DNA of 64,000 nucleotides, taken from contig NC_083243.1 of the NCBI RefSeq assembly GCF_032191835.1, positions 54,808,001 to 54,872,000 on the forward strand. Direction: 5' to 3'. Numbering within the stretch: position 1 is the stretch's first letter; the number at the start of each line of letters is the position of its first letter. Shown one piece after another: positions 50,068 to 63,658 of the stretch. The position numbers were made by a program, and so were the translations under genes. Under the pieces are notes generated by a model that saw only the letters and a list, made by a program, of their open reading frames with translations, did not search any database and was not told the DNA's origin. Source of the DNA: Heteronotia binoei. Taxonomy: Eukaryota.

Positions 50068-51430
50068 ATGCTCTTTCTTGAAGCAAGAACCTCTTTGTAC
50101 AACTGAACTTGTGCAATTCATTACTCTAACCTATTTTGCTATAACATCCACCAAAAGAGAGGCCATGAAGCCACACAACTATATAGAAATCATTTGCTAT
50201 GCTGTGAGACAAATTGTTGAGGCCTTTGTTGCTTTTGAACAATTGTGTCAGACACGCTTGGATACCATAGCAACCAACAGCATGTTTGAAGTAAGCCAGT
50301 AAATTACATCAGACTTTGGTGCCAAAATAGCAGCTGTTCCTATCTTACTGTGAAGACACATCACACATATTCCATTTTGTTTTTATTCTTCAGAAACTAA
50401 ATCTCTTGATTAGAAAAGTAAATTACTGAACAAGATATCATTTCAACCAGATTCTGTTTACTTCTCTTTCTTATTCTCTGTAGCACTTCTTGCCTTTTAA
50501 CCTTGGACTATGAGCTTGCAAACCTGTTTTATTTGTTGTTTAAAATGTTTGTCATGCCTAGCGCTTTCTGTTGCCAAATAAATAAAACTGTCTTGATACA
50601 GAAAACATTTTCTTATAAAATGAAAATTAGTTCATGGGCAAAGCCATATACTGCTAGATCACTAAAAGCAGTGTACTGTTGGTATAGGGTCATTGTCCAA
50701 GACTCCCAAAACAGAAAATGAGAAGGTGAAAAATGATATAACTTCAAGGAACAGAGAGCACAGCAACACCACCAGAGACCATAGAGACACTGCTGACAAT
50801 GTCCCCAGGTTAACCATACATGGATGAGTTGATCCACACTTGGTGGTGCTGTGCTGTACCTCTTTTGTTATTGTGTTCCCACACCCTCAGAACTTTCAAC
50901 ATATAAACACAACATAGTATCCTCAACTGTGTGAGCCATGCAACTGGAACCCTCTAAGTCCGCCAAAATCAGTGGGCTTAGAAGGCTGCAACTCTGTTTC
51001 AGATATTGTAGAGATTCTTACAGAGGATTGAATCACCTTACATCATACAAACTGCAAACAGCTACCATTTCGACAAGAAGACACACAAGGAAAGAACAAG
51101 AGCAGTGCCATGTCACTGACTCCACAGATCACTTTGCTGAGAAATCTCCCTGGAAAATGCTTGCTTTCCCCAGACATGGGTTCAAATACCAGTGGGAAAG
51201 CAATGCTTTTGAAAAGGGAGGAAGTTTTTTCATGGCAGGAGGAATAGTAATGCTAGGACAAGTAATGAGGGAAGACAACTGTGTATTTACACAACTCATC
51301 TCTATCATCTCAGTAACTCACTGAGACAGAAAACGAGCACCGGTAGAATTAGCATCCCAGCAGGCCTTATTACCTATTTCCTCCTCACTGTCTTCCTAGC
51401 AGAATAGTTCATCATGCCAGCAGTGATCAG

Positions 51431-51902
51431 TAGGCTTCCCAACCCTCCCGCCCTGGTGGGGGACCCCAGGATTTCCACCCTCTTTCCCCGCTCCCCCAAA
51501 AAACAGAAGCGGGGGGAGGGGGTGGAAACGGCGCTGGGGAGCAAGGCCAGCCGCCGCATCCCGGAGCCGGCGAGGCCGCCGCGCCGCTGCTGCCCCCTCC
51601 CCTCCCACCGCAGCTGCTCCTCCGAGATGAGCCCAGGCTGAGCCCATCTCAGAGGAGCAGCCAAGAGGCGGCAGCAGCGCAGGGGAGGGCGAGGCCTGAG
51701 CCAATCTCGGAGGAGCAGCCATGGTGAGCAGAGAAGAGGCGTCAGCTGCGCAGCGGCGTCATACGCTCCGAGACGGGGCGGCTCGCCGTTTCCCCCCCTC
51801 CCCCCTAGCTCCACCCCAGTGTCTCCTGGCTCCATCCCCAAAGTCTCCTGGCTCCACCCCCAAAGTCCCCAGATATTTTGGGGGTTGGACTCGGGAACCC
51901 TA
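51431..51902. mobile_element. hAT MITE with CpG-rich interior
   Basis: TAGGCTTCCCAA...TCGGGAACCCTA; perfect TSD GTGATCAG (51423-51430 / 51903-51910). Confidence 0.92.
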
Positions 51903-54900
51903 GTGATCAGGGAGATTATGAAACCTTGGGACTTTCACTGCTGGAACAAAGGTTTCTAGAGAGTGAGTGGAGGATCCTCCTATGAATCTCCCTCCTATCT
52001 CTCTCCTATGAGGAGTCCCATCCTGAAAGCAGTTGAAGTGAGAAGCAAGTTTGAGGGGGTAGGAGCTAGTGTCCATTAACACAGAGAGATATGGCTGTGA
52101 AACAGGCCACACCTCTAGTAAACAGAATCAAGAATGGAGTTCTGAAAGCTATTTAGATGAATTTATTTATTTACATCTTTTGTAGTCTTTCTTGCTGGCA
52201 CGAAAGACAGTTTACCATGAAATCAGTACAGTTAAAATGGTACAGTATAAAGAACTAAGAAGTTTACAGTATAAAGAACTAACTAGCACAAATAATAAAG
52301 CAGCATTATAAAAATGGAAGAATAGTGTAATGAAAAGTTGTAATGGAGCTGGGTTAAAGCTGGATTACAAAATTAGAGGACCATGTTTGAAATGCTTAAT
52401 ATACACGATGTAGACTACTGTCAAACTAAACAGGCATGGAGTCACATCCAGTGCAAAACTTCTGCTTGCACTAGAGCTGATGCTGTGGCAAGAATAAGAT
52501 GGTGGTGGCTGCTTGTGCTAAGTCAGACTTATTGTTCCTCCCACGTGTGTTTCTGCTTGCACAAGATCTTATGCAGTTAATTAAAATATATAAGGAGGAA
52601 AGCACTAGGTGTTAAACAAGATTTACCACGAGCACAACTGTGCTAAACCTGTTCATGTTCCTGCTTGCACACAGCAGGATCTAAGCCATCAGCAATATTG
52701 ACTACAGCTTTATGCACTTTATACACATGCCTTGGGCCCATTACGCACACACATCTTACTGCAGGTTTTCAGAGCAGTAAACCTTTAATCTTGACTGGAT
52801 TTTGTGTCTGCCTTACACACCATTATTTTCCTCAGTGTGTGTATTCTGCAGCTACAAGACAAAAACAGACTTTTCTAAATCTGGGTGGAACATCACTTGT
52901 GTTGTGTGGGGGTGTCGAAAGGTTTTTTTTTAAAATGTATGCAGTTGACCTACTGCAGCTGAGCAGTAGCGTCCAGCAAGCTCCTTCCTTTTAAATCATT
53001 ATGGTTTAAGTATTGCACATGCATTTTTGCATTAGTTTATTGAATGAAAGGGAACATAAAGAAACCTAGGCAAAGAGGGAAAACCTGATGTTGAAATTGA
53101 TGAGACATTTTTTGGAAACTTTTTTGAAGCAGCTGTGAAGCTCCATTTTCCATATTATGGAGCACTAGGAGATTTTCTGCTGTGTTATCAACCACTGTGA
53201 AAAAGGGGAGACTCACATGATCTTATGATATAGGGGAAACTTGCTGAGTCTACAGACTGCACAGTAGAATCCGCTGACACTATCACTGCAATCTGTGATC
53301 ATTGGCAATATGTATGTATGTGTGTGTGTGTGTGCACCTCCATGTGCATGCGCACACCTGTGCAAAGTTGGCTGCAACTCCACCATACTTTGTACAGAGG
53401 TGCAATTTGTATCGGGGAGGATTTCTCTGGCAGAAGTTCTGGAGAGCCTTTTTAGTCTTTTGCCACTAAACTGAAAAAAATGAGGGGGTATTTTTGCTGA
53501 TGCCTTAGCGCAGCTGCATAGTATGCTGATTTCCTGCCATTCCTTGCAAATTGGAATGATTTCTCTTTGTGACTCTCTAATTTGATCCTGCACACTAGTC
53601 ATGATCTTTGACAATTTTTAAAAAGCCTGTCCTATGCAGATAGCACTCTTCCTGTAAATGTATTGATCCCAAACAATTGTTAAGTTCGGTGGCTCACAGT
53701 AGTTCCATGTGACTCAGCCACTATTTTAATGTTAGGCTTCCAGAAACTGCCTAAACTTTGTTCACTAAAGCATTAAAAGGGAAAAAAATGTTTTTAAAGC
53801 TTTAGGCTTTCTATTCCAGCGTCTTCCTCTCTCTTAATATCTCAGGATCACCCCCCATTTTGTTTGCATGGAGCACTGAAATCCTTTTTTTTTTTTTTTG
53901 CACCGGGGATGCTGCTGTTTGCCTTCTCTCCAATCCCCCTTTCAAGTCAACACCAGCAGGGAACTAAACCTTGTGCAGCTCCTTTTAACCCTACACCCAC
54001 CCCATTTTAAATTCAGCAATCCAATACTGGTGATAGTCTTACATTACTAGACACATGCTGGTTGTAAAAAAAAACAAATGAGGGTAAAATTGAGCTTGTA
54101 CACCAATGAAGAGGAGAGGCTGGCAGAAGGTGCAGAATGGTTGAAACAACCTCAGTGTGGGCGGAGAGTAATCTTCGAGAGGCAGCAAAAGGTCAGGGGG
54201 GAAATCTGAGAGAATCTGTATGCTTTTGAATTCCCTTCAGCTTGGAATTGAAACAAGGGAAAAATTGGCACAAACGCACTCTCAGAAAACCTGGAGAAAC
54301 AGTGACTAGAAAACAAACTGAGCACTGAAGGGAGGAAAATCAATGTTGAATAACAAAGAAAACCTGATGGGTATGCATGGTGAAAGCAAAGGGAAATACC
54401 TATGCATAGTAGGCCTTGTTCTGGCAGATCTCCTGTGACTTTGAAAGCTGCAGCAGCCAGCAGGTTAACAGAGCATATTTGCTCTGTCACTACTTCCCTC
54501 TGTTAGGTATGGCTGTACCTGCCACATAACAAGTTCAGGAGTAGTACTAGAGAAAAGGCAACCTCCACAAGGGAGTAGCTGAAAGTGAGCAAGTGATTGA
54601 GACAGTAAAGCCAATGAAGTGCTTTTCCAGTTCCAATTGCCTCATCTATTGGAATTGCTCATATTTTCAGATGCACCAGTTATGGAGACAGTGATGTGAT
54701 GCTCACTCCAGTTCTGTTGGAAACTGCAACAGAACTCTCTCTGAAGTACATGGTTTGGATTCTACAAATGAAAAGGGGGGTAAGGTTGCCAGCTCCATAA
54801 TAGGATACTCCTGGAGATTTAGGGGGGTGGAGTTTGGGGAGGATAGGGATCTCAGTGGGGCTTTGGAGAGTCCACTCTCCAAAGCAGCTGTTTTCTCCAG

Positions 54901-55189
54901 TGGAACTGCTCTCTCTAGTCTGGAGATGAGCTGTAATCCTAGAGGATCTTCAGGTCCCACCCGGAGTCTAGCATCCTTAGTTCTTCAAGCAATAAGATCT
55001 CCTATCCCCCAGGAGCAGCATTTCAGGGAGATCAATGGGCTGGAGGGTGAGAGACAGGAAAATTCTGTTCCATAGACAGAAGAACCTTCCATTAACAGAA
55101 AACTTTGTCTGGATCCAGCTCAATGTTTGTGCTACTCTATATACTGTACTGAAATAGCGCCATAGAATGGTTTTAAAGCTGATATACAT

Positions 55190-55292
55190 AAATTATGGTT
55201 TTACATGTTTTATTGGATTGATTGTATTTTATGATGTTGTAAGCCGCCCTGAGTCCGCTTGCGGAGAGGGCGGGATATAAATTGAAAGTAAT
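55190..55292 (+). mobile_element. L2 3' terminus
   Basis: AT-rich UTR, GTAAGCCGCCCTGAG hairpin and (TAAA)n tail. Confidence 0.8.
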
Positions 55293-56972
55293 AAATAAAT
55301 AAAATAAATAAATGACCTCACAAGCAAAGGAGTTAAAGGTACTGAAATTAAGTGCCTGCAGCTTCCCTTAAAAACACACACACCTTATTTTACTTCCTGT
55401 TGCCTCAAACATAACAGGAAGCTCCTGTAGCTACATTAAGGAATGTCACTTCCTGCGTTATTGCAGCTGCCTATGAGCATCTCTAAGATCAAGATGCATT
55501 TGGAGCTCTGTGATCTTTATTCCAGTATGTGCTACTGAGTCAAACAATTAGACACATCTGGCTCTTTTATAGTCATCCACATCTGCAAAAGCACTAGGCA
55601 ACCAAGGGCACTGTGAAACAAACATTTTTTTCCTCAACAAAGATCCTGACAGAAAGGAATAATAATGGTATTTAAACCTCTTTCCAACATTTACTGCTTG
55701 TTTAGATGAGTTACTTTAAAAATTCAGTTTCCAATCACTATTTCCTGAAATGAGGCTCTCTGAGGAACAGTGAACCAAAAACCACCCAATTGTAATTCTT
55801 TTGCTCTCTTCTTGATGACTTTCAGTCAACCAATTAAAATAGCTACCTGTTTTGGACCTCCACTAAGGTTACCAACCTTAAGGTGAGGCCTGAAGACCTT
55901 CTGGGATCACTACGAGTTTTCAAACTAGAGAGATCTGTTCCCCTGGAGGAAATGACAGCTCTGGAGGGTGGAATCTATGGCATCATCTCCTTGCTGAGCT
56001 CCCTCCCCTCCGCAAACTCCACCCTCACCAGTATGGTTACCAACTCAAGGGAAATTCCTGGAGGTTTGGGGGCATGGAGTCTGGGGATGGTGGGATCTGG
56101 CAAGGGGAGGGACCTCAGAAGAGTATAATGCCATAAAGGCCATCCTCCAAAGCATCCATTTTCCCCAAGGGAATAGATTGCTGTAGTCTGGAGTTCAGCT
56201 GTAATTCCTGGAGGTGTCTGGGTCCCATTTGGAAGTAGGCAACCCTACCTCCCAGGCACTCTGCCCCAAATCTCCAGAAATTTCTCAAGCCACAGTTAGC
56301 AGCCTTGTCCTACACCTAGATCTTCAGCAATGGCTTCTTTCCCAACAAATTAGTCAAATGAAATCTTTTTTTTTTAAAAGAGCTCAGGTCTAATTAGCTC
56401 ACTTTACTGTAAGGATTTCATTTCCTCACAACCCATTAAAATCCATTGCAGACTCTTTCAGTAGCAGTGACTCCTCCCTAGGCATACACTACAAATGTAA
56501 TGAGCTTAAAACATTCCTTTTAACTGTTCTGCAATGCCTCTCTTAGAAAGCAGCATCTGTTTCAATCTCTGGCACATGCAAATCAGCGAATGTTCACTGC
56601 CTCCTTTTCTTCTAGCTATCTTCTGTATAGCAATTGCCCAAGGCGACCTGTATGATTGCTCATCTTTATTTTTTAAAATAATTTTCTCTTTTTCTCTTAT
56701 GAACAACATAATTGCTCACATTGTGGAGACCAAATGTAAGGTGCTGCAAGGCCAAATATCTTGATTAATTACTCCTTGCTGGTAATTTTATCTGTTTCCT
56801 GCACAAGGAACAGATTGGTTCAGTTCAGACATAATATGAAACCATGTTTTATTTTTCCTGTGATTAGTGTGTGAAACCAGAATTTGACTCACTTTGCATC
56901 AACAAATACTCATTTCAATGCCTTTACTCTGGCCCGGTGTCTCTGTAGCTGGGGGCTGTATAAGGGCTATAA

Positions 56973-57320
56973 TATAGTGGGTTCAAAGCATTGAGGAGTT
57001 GAGGTAAAAGTGATAACAAGTCTTTATTGGAAGCAGCATGGTAGATGGCTGCACTAACAAGACTGGAGAACCGGCTGACGGGGCCATAACTATATACAAC
57101 TCTGGGTTATTGGGCCTGCAAGGGCATTGCAGAGTGTTACCATGGGCCTCTCCACCCATGGAACACAGCTTTCTCATCTGCACTCTCTCAGTGTGAACCA
57201 AAATGCCCTCTGGTGGCAGCATTTCAGGTAACATTTTGAGTTGCAGTGGGAACAGAGAAGGAGACATTCTATCTGTGGAAATGCTTTGTTGGACCCGAGC
57301 CAATGTAAGGACTCACTATG
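56973..57320 (-). mobile_element. Possible degenerate solo LTR
   Basis: TATAGTG...CACTATG inverted termini; flanks ATAA/GTAA; TATATA upstream of AATAAA on the minus strand. Confidence 0.3.
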
Positions 57321-57328
57321 GTAATAAA

Positions 57329-57521
57329 CACTGTTCCCTCTAAGCTGAGTTAGTGTGAGCTAGTACATAGTTTTTTAGACTCTGGGTCGCACATTTTTGT
57401 CTTAGCTCAGGAAAAATGATCCAGAGCAAACTAATTTATGCAGTAGCTCACAACTTTAATATCAGTAGCTCATGAAATAGACATTTTGTTCACAAGACTC
57501 CACAGCTTAGAGGGAGCATTG
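57329..57521. mobile_element. MITE, CAGTGTTCCCTCTAAG family (copy 3)
   Basis: Homologous to 38529-38734. Confidence 0.8.
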
Positions 57522-58789
57522 GTGTTTAACCGTGGTTTCAGATACTGATTTGACAGCTCTTAACTAACCCAGGGAATGACCCGCATACAGAAATCACTGT
57601 AACCAAATCATTTTTTTTTAGTATGTCTGAACTGAGCCCTTGTTTTAGAATGCTTCAAATTACAGTATAAATTGGCTTTTCACACTCCAAATCTGGAACA
57701 AAATCCAGGCAATGGTACCTACATTTGAAGTCCTTTGATTCATCTGGGAAATAACATTCACCCTGTCCACAAAAGGGATAAACAGGTTCACTTTTGCTTT
57801 TGTATATTTTGGCTTATTGGAATTCTGGGTAACATTTACCCAGCCAAGGTTTCTGAAATGGAATACTCTAAATCAGTCATTTGGGGTGTTCAGCACTTCT
57901 GTGCTGTGAGAATAGTCATTTCATATGTTGAAAGCTATCATCACAAACATTTGTTTTTAATTCTTTACAAAGACTTTTATCAGCAAGAGCATCTCCAGAG
58001 TCCAGATGTATGCCGCACATTGTGAAGCCACACATTTGCATTAAAAGTGATCAGACAATTCTGGATATGGATTTTTATTTTAAACATCTATTTAAAAACA
58101 TACTTTTGGTTCAAATCCTACATATTGGAACTGAGCAAATAGCTTAATATATAGATCAACACTATGACATATCATTGTTTTCCCCAGTTGAGAAATGAAA
58201 ATCAAAAGCCTCTGACACCAGCTCTGCAGAACTGATCTGAGAGTATCAGCTTAGTTTTAAATCTTATCCAGCTGCATTACTGTGGCAATGATAGATTTTC
58301 TTCTTCTTCAGCAAGCAATATAAATATATCAGTTTACAAGTGTGTTGCTTCATCCATCAAGGTTGCATGGGACAAACTGCATTTAGTAGGTAAGCGTGGC
58401 ATTCCAGAAAACGATAAAAATGAAAAATGCTTTCAGCTCCAGCTATGCTAATTTCAGGTTATGTGTAGTAAGTACTTACGCCTATTATTAAGGTAATGCT
58501 TCTCTGAATGAATTTCTGGCTATATAGTTAACACATAGTTATTAAAATTGCATAGAGTAAAATAAACAAAAGCAACATGGGTTTTGTGGCATACAGGGGC
58601 TTGCTGTTTCCAAAAGGTTGTTTGAAGGTCAGGTTTAAGCGATGCTCCAATAAAAGGCAGCTCCATTATTGCATTGGATCTGGGCCAGGTCATAAAGAGG
58701 CACATAGAAAACTTCTGTGTGCATGAGGATGAGAAGGATGTCTCAGTACCCTAACAATTCAGTCCAAAGCAGAATAACATTCTTCTAAA

Positions 58790-58915
58790 TCCATGGGGAA
58801 GGCAATGGCAAACCACCCCGTAAAAAGTCTGCTGTGAAAACGTTGTGAAAGCAACGTCACCCCGGCGTTGGAAACGACTGGTGCTTGCACAGGGGACCTT
58901 TTCTTTCCTTTCCAA
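58790..58915 (+). mobile_element. 3' part of a BovB/RTE-tailed SINE
   Basis: GGGGAAGGCAATGGCAAACCACCCC...GACTGGTGCTTGCACAGGGGACCTTT; assignment from recall. Confidence 0.55.
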
Positions 58916-58930
58916 ATCCATGGGCTTAGT

Positions 58931-59100
58931 CAGGGATCATTTTGTAGGAAAATAGGTGGTGGAGCTCATCCAGGGATTGTTATGCAGCTGCACATACTAT
59001 TCAATGGACAAGGAGGTGGAACTCTCAGAAGGAGGAGGAGGAACTCTCAGAAAGGTTCAGGAGCTGCACTCCTGTGAGCTTCCACTGAATCCAAGGCCTG
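58931..59100. mobile_element. hAT MITE (CAGG TIR family, short form)
   Basis: Reverse-orientation homologue of 14452-14609; flanks GGCTTAGT/GACATAGT (6/8). Confidence 0.8.
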
Positions 59101-60044
59101 GACATAGTCAATGGACTTGGAAAGGTATAATTGTGTTTAGAATTGCACTAAAAAATGACTTTGCCCCATGCCTTGTGTTACCCAACAAGTCTCTCTTAAA
59201 ATTCCAGGGATCTTCAGGACAATAATTGAGTACTGCAAAAAAAACAATGAGAAAAGGACACTAGGTATAGGTACAGCTGTTCTTCCTTTTCATGAGGGGT
59301 ATTTTTGGCATTGTTCCTGGTGCAGATACAATCCACCAAAAAAGACAGTCTCAGAACAAAGACCACCATTTAAATACCCACGGCTGAAACTACACAGTAA
59401 AAAATGGAACCCATTGTTATATATGTGCCTGTTGCATTTCTGAAAACTCCAGGCCAGTATTTCAGAATGCCTACTGTATAATCCTTCACATCAGTGACTG
59501 TTAGATTCAGGTGAGTAGCTGTGTTGGTCTGAAGTAACAGAACAAAGCTTGAGTCTGGTGGCAACTTTAAGACCAATGAAGTTTTATTCTGAACTCTGAA
59601 TTCTGTTAATATCTCACTATACATGCTAACATAATTCAGTTCTTGCATCTGTTGTAAACTCCTTTATTATGCTGTATGCTAATTTGCTGCTATTCACAGG
59701 TCTTATCAATCACCTTCATCTGGTCTTAGCTATATTTACTGCTCAGTTACTTATGCATCTTGACTTTAATTGACCTGGGAACATCACTTTCAACCTATGT
59801 GGCTTCTGTGGCTGGTGGCTTCTGTTTCACTGTATCTGGAGAAGCATGTGTGCACATGAAATCTTATACCCAGAATAACATGTTGGTTTTAAACGTATTA
59901 CTGGACTTAAACTTTGTTCTGTTAATCTTATAAATTGTTGACATATGGTCCAGTGGCTGAGAGAATGACCTGTGATCTGGGAGGCTGCCTGGTGCAAATC
60001 TCATCTCTTTTATGACCTTTCTCTCATCTTTAGTATTAATATTG

Positions 60045-63000
60045 CCCACTATATTGCCCACAATATCTGCTCTAGTTGCCCACGAACTTCTCAGGTTGAA
60101 TATCGACATAGCAGCGCTCAGTGAGGTCCGTTTCCCTGAGGAAGGTAGTCTTCAAGAACACGGTGCTGGCTATACCCTCTACTGGTCAGGTAAGTCAAAG
60201 GCTGAGAGCCGCCTTTCTGGCGTTGGCTTCATGGTCAGGAACTCCATTGCCTCCAAACTCGAAAACCTGCCAACAGGTCACTCAGATCGCATCATGTCCA
60301 TGCGCCTCCCACTTCAAAACAAGCAGCTTGCAACACTCTTCAGTGTGTATGCCCCAACCCTTCAAGCAGATCCTGCAGAAAAGAACAAGTTCTATGCTGA
60401 TCTACGCAACCTCATACGGAAGACCCCTACAGAGGACAAGGTGATCATCCTTGGCGACTTCAATGCCAGAGTAGGTAAAGACTCGGAAGCCTGGAAAGGA
60501 GTACTTGGCAAACACGGCATTGGCAACTGCAATGACAAACGGGCGCCTCCTGCTAGAATTCTGCATGGAGCACCAGCTCACCATCACCAACACTATCTTC
60601 CAGCAGAAGAACAGTCTGAAGACAACCTGGATGCACCTACGGTCCAAGCACTGGCACCTTATCGACTACATTCTGGTGCACCAGAGAGACCTTCGAGATG
60701 TCTTACACACCCGAGTAATACCCAGTGCAGAATGTCATACGGATCATCGTCTTGTACGCTGCAATTTCCGTCTTCACTTTAAAACCACACCCAGGAGAGG
60801 AGGTATCCCTCGGAGGAAGTTTCAGGTTGGCAGTCTCCAGTCAGCCGAAGTTAAAGCTGCCTTCCAGGCAAAATTCCAGTCAAGAATTGAGGACCCCAGT
60901 TGCCCCACAGACCCTTCTCCAGAAGCACTCTGGGAACACCTAAAAACTACCGTCCTGCAGATCTCTGAAGAAGTCCTCGGGTTCTCCACAAGGAAGAACA
61001 AGGACTGGTTTGATGAGAACAATCAAGAGATCCAAGATTTACTGGCGAAAAAGAGATCTGCCTACCAAGCACATCTTGCTCAGCCCTCCTGTCCTGGGAA
61101 AAAAGCAACCTTTCGCGCTGCATGTAGCAACCTCCAGCGCAAGCTTCGAGACATTCAGAACGATTGGTGGACCAAGCTTGCAGAGAGAACCCAGCTGTGT
61201 GCAGACACTGGTGATTTAAGAGGGTTCTACGAAGCCCTGAAGGCAGTATATGGTCCATCATATCAGGCTCAGAGTCCCTTGCGTAGTGCAGACGGCCAAG
61301 TGCTCCTCACAGACAAGGCATCCATACTGAACCGGTGGTCGGAGTATTTTCAGGTTCTCTTCAGTGCCAACCGCGTAGTTCAAGATTCAGCAATCCACCT
61401 CACCCCACATCAACCAGTGAAAACAGAGTTGGATGAGATCCCCACCCTAGAAGAGACTGTTAAAGCCATCAAGCAACTGAAAAGTGGTAAGGCAGCAGGA
61501 GTTGATGGAATTCCACCAGAGATCTGGAAGCATGGGGGCACAGTACTACATAGCTCACTTCACAAAGTACTTGTCACCTGCTGGGAACAAGGCAAATTAC
61601 CACAGGACTTTCGCGATGCAATCATCATCACACTATACAAGAACAAAGGGGAAAAGTCAGACTGCTCCAACTACCGGGGGATAACCCTGCTCTCCATCGC
61701 AGGCAAAATCCTTGCCAGAATACTGCTGAACAGACTGGTGCCCACCATTGCAGAAGAACTCCTCCCAGAGAGCCAGTGCGGCTTCAGAGCTAACAGGAGC
61801 ACCACCGACATGGTATTTGTTCTCAGGTAGCTCCAAGAGAAATGCAGGGAACAGAACAAGGCTCTGTATGTGACTTTTGTCGACCTTACCAAAGCTTTCG
61901 ATACTGTTAGCAGGAAAGGCCTGTGGCAAATCTTGGAACGTTTAGGATGTCCCCCAAGGTTCCTCAGCATGATCATCCAGCTACACGAAGACCAGCAAGG
62001 CCAAGTCAGACACTGTAATGACCTCTCGGAGCCCTTCCCAATAGGCACAGGTGTAAAGCAAGGCTGCGTTCTCGCGCCAACTCTCTTTACGATCTTCTTT
62101 AGCATGATGCTTCAAAGAGCCGCAGTAGATCTAGATGATGATGATGGTGTCTACATCCGCTATCGCACCGATGGCAGCCTGTTCAACCTGAGGCGACTAA
62201 AGGCCCACTCCAAGACAATGGAAAAACTCATCCGAGAGCTACTGTTTGCTGATGATGCTGCACTCGTCTCCCACTCGGTATCAGCTCTGCAGCATATGAC
62301 GTCCTGCTTTGCAGAGGCTGCCAAGCTATTCGGCCTAGAAGTTAGTCTGAAGAAGACAGAAGTTCTCCACCAGCCTGCACCCCAGGAAGATTATCACCCT
62401 CCCTGCATCACTGTGGGTGAATCAGTTCTGAAGACAGTCCAGCAGTTCAGCTACCTGGGGTGCATCATCTCCTCAGATGCCAAGATCGACAAGGAGATTG
62501 ACAACAGGCTGGCAAAGGCAAACCGTGCATTTGGCTGACTGCACAAAAGAGTGTGGAGCAACAAGCATCTGAAAAAAGGCACAAAGATCAATGTTTACAA
62601 AGCGATTGTGATGACAACCCTCATCTACGGCTCCGAATCGTGGGTTTTATACCGTCATCACCTGCGACTCCTCGAGCGCTTTCATCAGCGCTGCCTTCGC
62701 ACCATCCTCAACATCCACTGGAGTGACTTTGTGACCAACACTGAAGTCCTCAAGCGGGTGGAGGTTACCAGCATCGAGGCACTGCTGCTGAAGACACAGC
62801 TGCGCTGGGCAGGGCATATTTCTAGGATGGAAAACCACCGCCTTCCCAAGATTGCCCTGTATGGCGAACTCTCCACTGGCCATCGAAATAGAGGGGCACC
62901 AAAGAAGAGGTACAAGGACTCCTTGAAGAAATCCCTTGGCACCTGTCGCATCAACCATCACCAGTGGTCTGACCTAGCCTCAGATCGCAAAGCATGGAGG

Positions 63001-63241
63001 CACACCATCCACCAGGCTGTCTCTTCCTTTGAGAATGCACGCATAGCTGGTCTTGAGGACAAAAGGAGATTGAGGAAGAATCGCACTGCTACAGCACCAA
63101 CCCTAAATCAGACTTTTCCCTGCAGCCACTGTGGCCGGACCTGCCTGTCCCGCATTGGTCTTGTCAGCCACCAGCGAGCCTGCAGCAGACGTGGACTATT
63201 GCACCCTTCTTAAATCTTCGTTTGCGAAGCCAAGCCGAGAG
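60045..63241 (+). mobile_element. 5'-truncated RTE-clade LINE
   Basis: APE endonuclease + RT + C-terminal CxxC..H motif; short (GA) tail; perfect 13-bp TSD AGTATTAATATTG (60032-60044 / 63242-63254). Confidence 0.96.
60066..63213 (+). pseudogene. RTE ORF (endonuclease-reverse transcriptase) with three lesions
   Basis: IDIAALSEVR, ILGDFNARVG, HLIDYILV, NYRGITLLS, DLTKAFDTV, GVKQGCVLAP, LFADD, CSHCGRTC motifs; +1 frameshift ~60538, TAG 61828-61830, TGA 62536-62538. Confidence 0.95.
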
Positions 63242-63373
63242 AGTATTAATATTGACCTATTTTATAAGACAGTCTCTTGTTAATCTGACAACAGAATATA
63301 TACGAAGTGAAAAACGTAAGAAGAGCCCTGTTGAATCAGACTTCTGGTGCATCTCAGCAACCTGTTTCATACA

Positions 63374-63658
63374 GGGCGTTTTCGCACTGACCTTAATCGG
63401 CAGCGAAGCCCCTCTTCAGCGCGCAGGATCTGCGCGGATTTCGCACTAATTGCCGCGGAGCACCCGGAAGACCCGGAAAGTCCCGCGGCTTTTGCGCGCA
63501 AGTGGAAACCACCAAAAACCAGTTTCCATTTGCGCTGCAAAAGCCGCGGGACTTTCCGGCTCTTCCGGGTGCTCCGCGGCAATTAGTGCGAAATCCGCGC
63601 AGATCCTGCGCGCTGAAGAGGGGCGTCGCTGCCGATTAAGGTCAGTGCGAAAACGCCC
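63374..63658. mobile_element. 285-bp fold-back Harbinger MITE
   Basis: 136/137-bp arms (3 substitutions, 1 indel), 12-nt loop; TIR GGGCGTTTTCGCACT; 3-bp TSD ACA. Confidence 0.92.
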
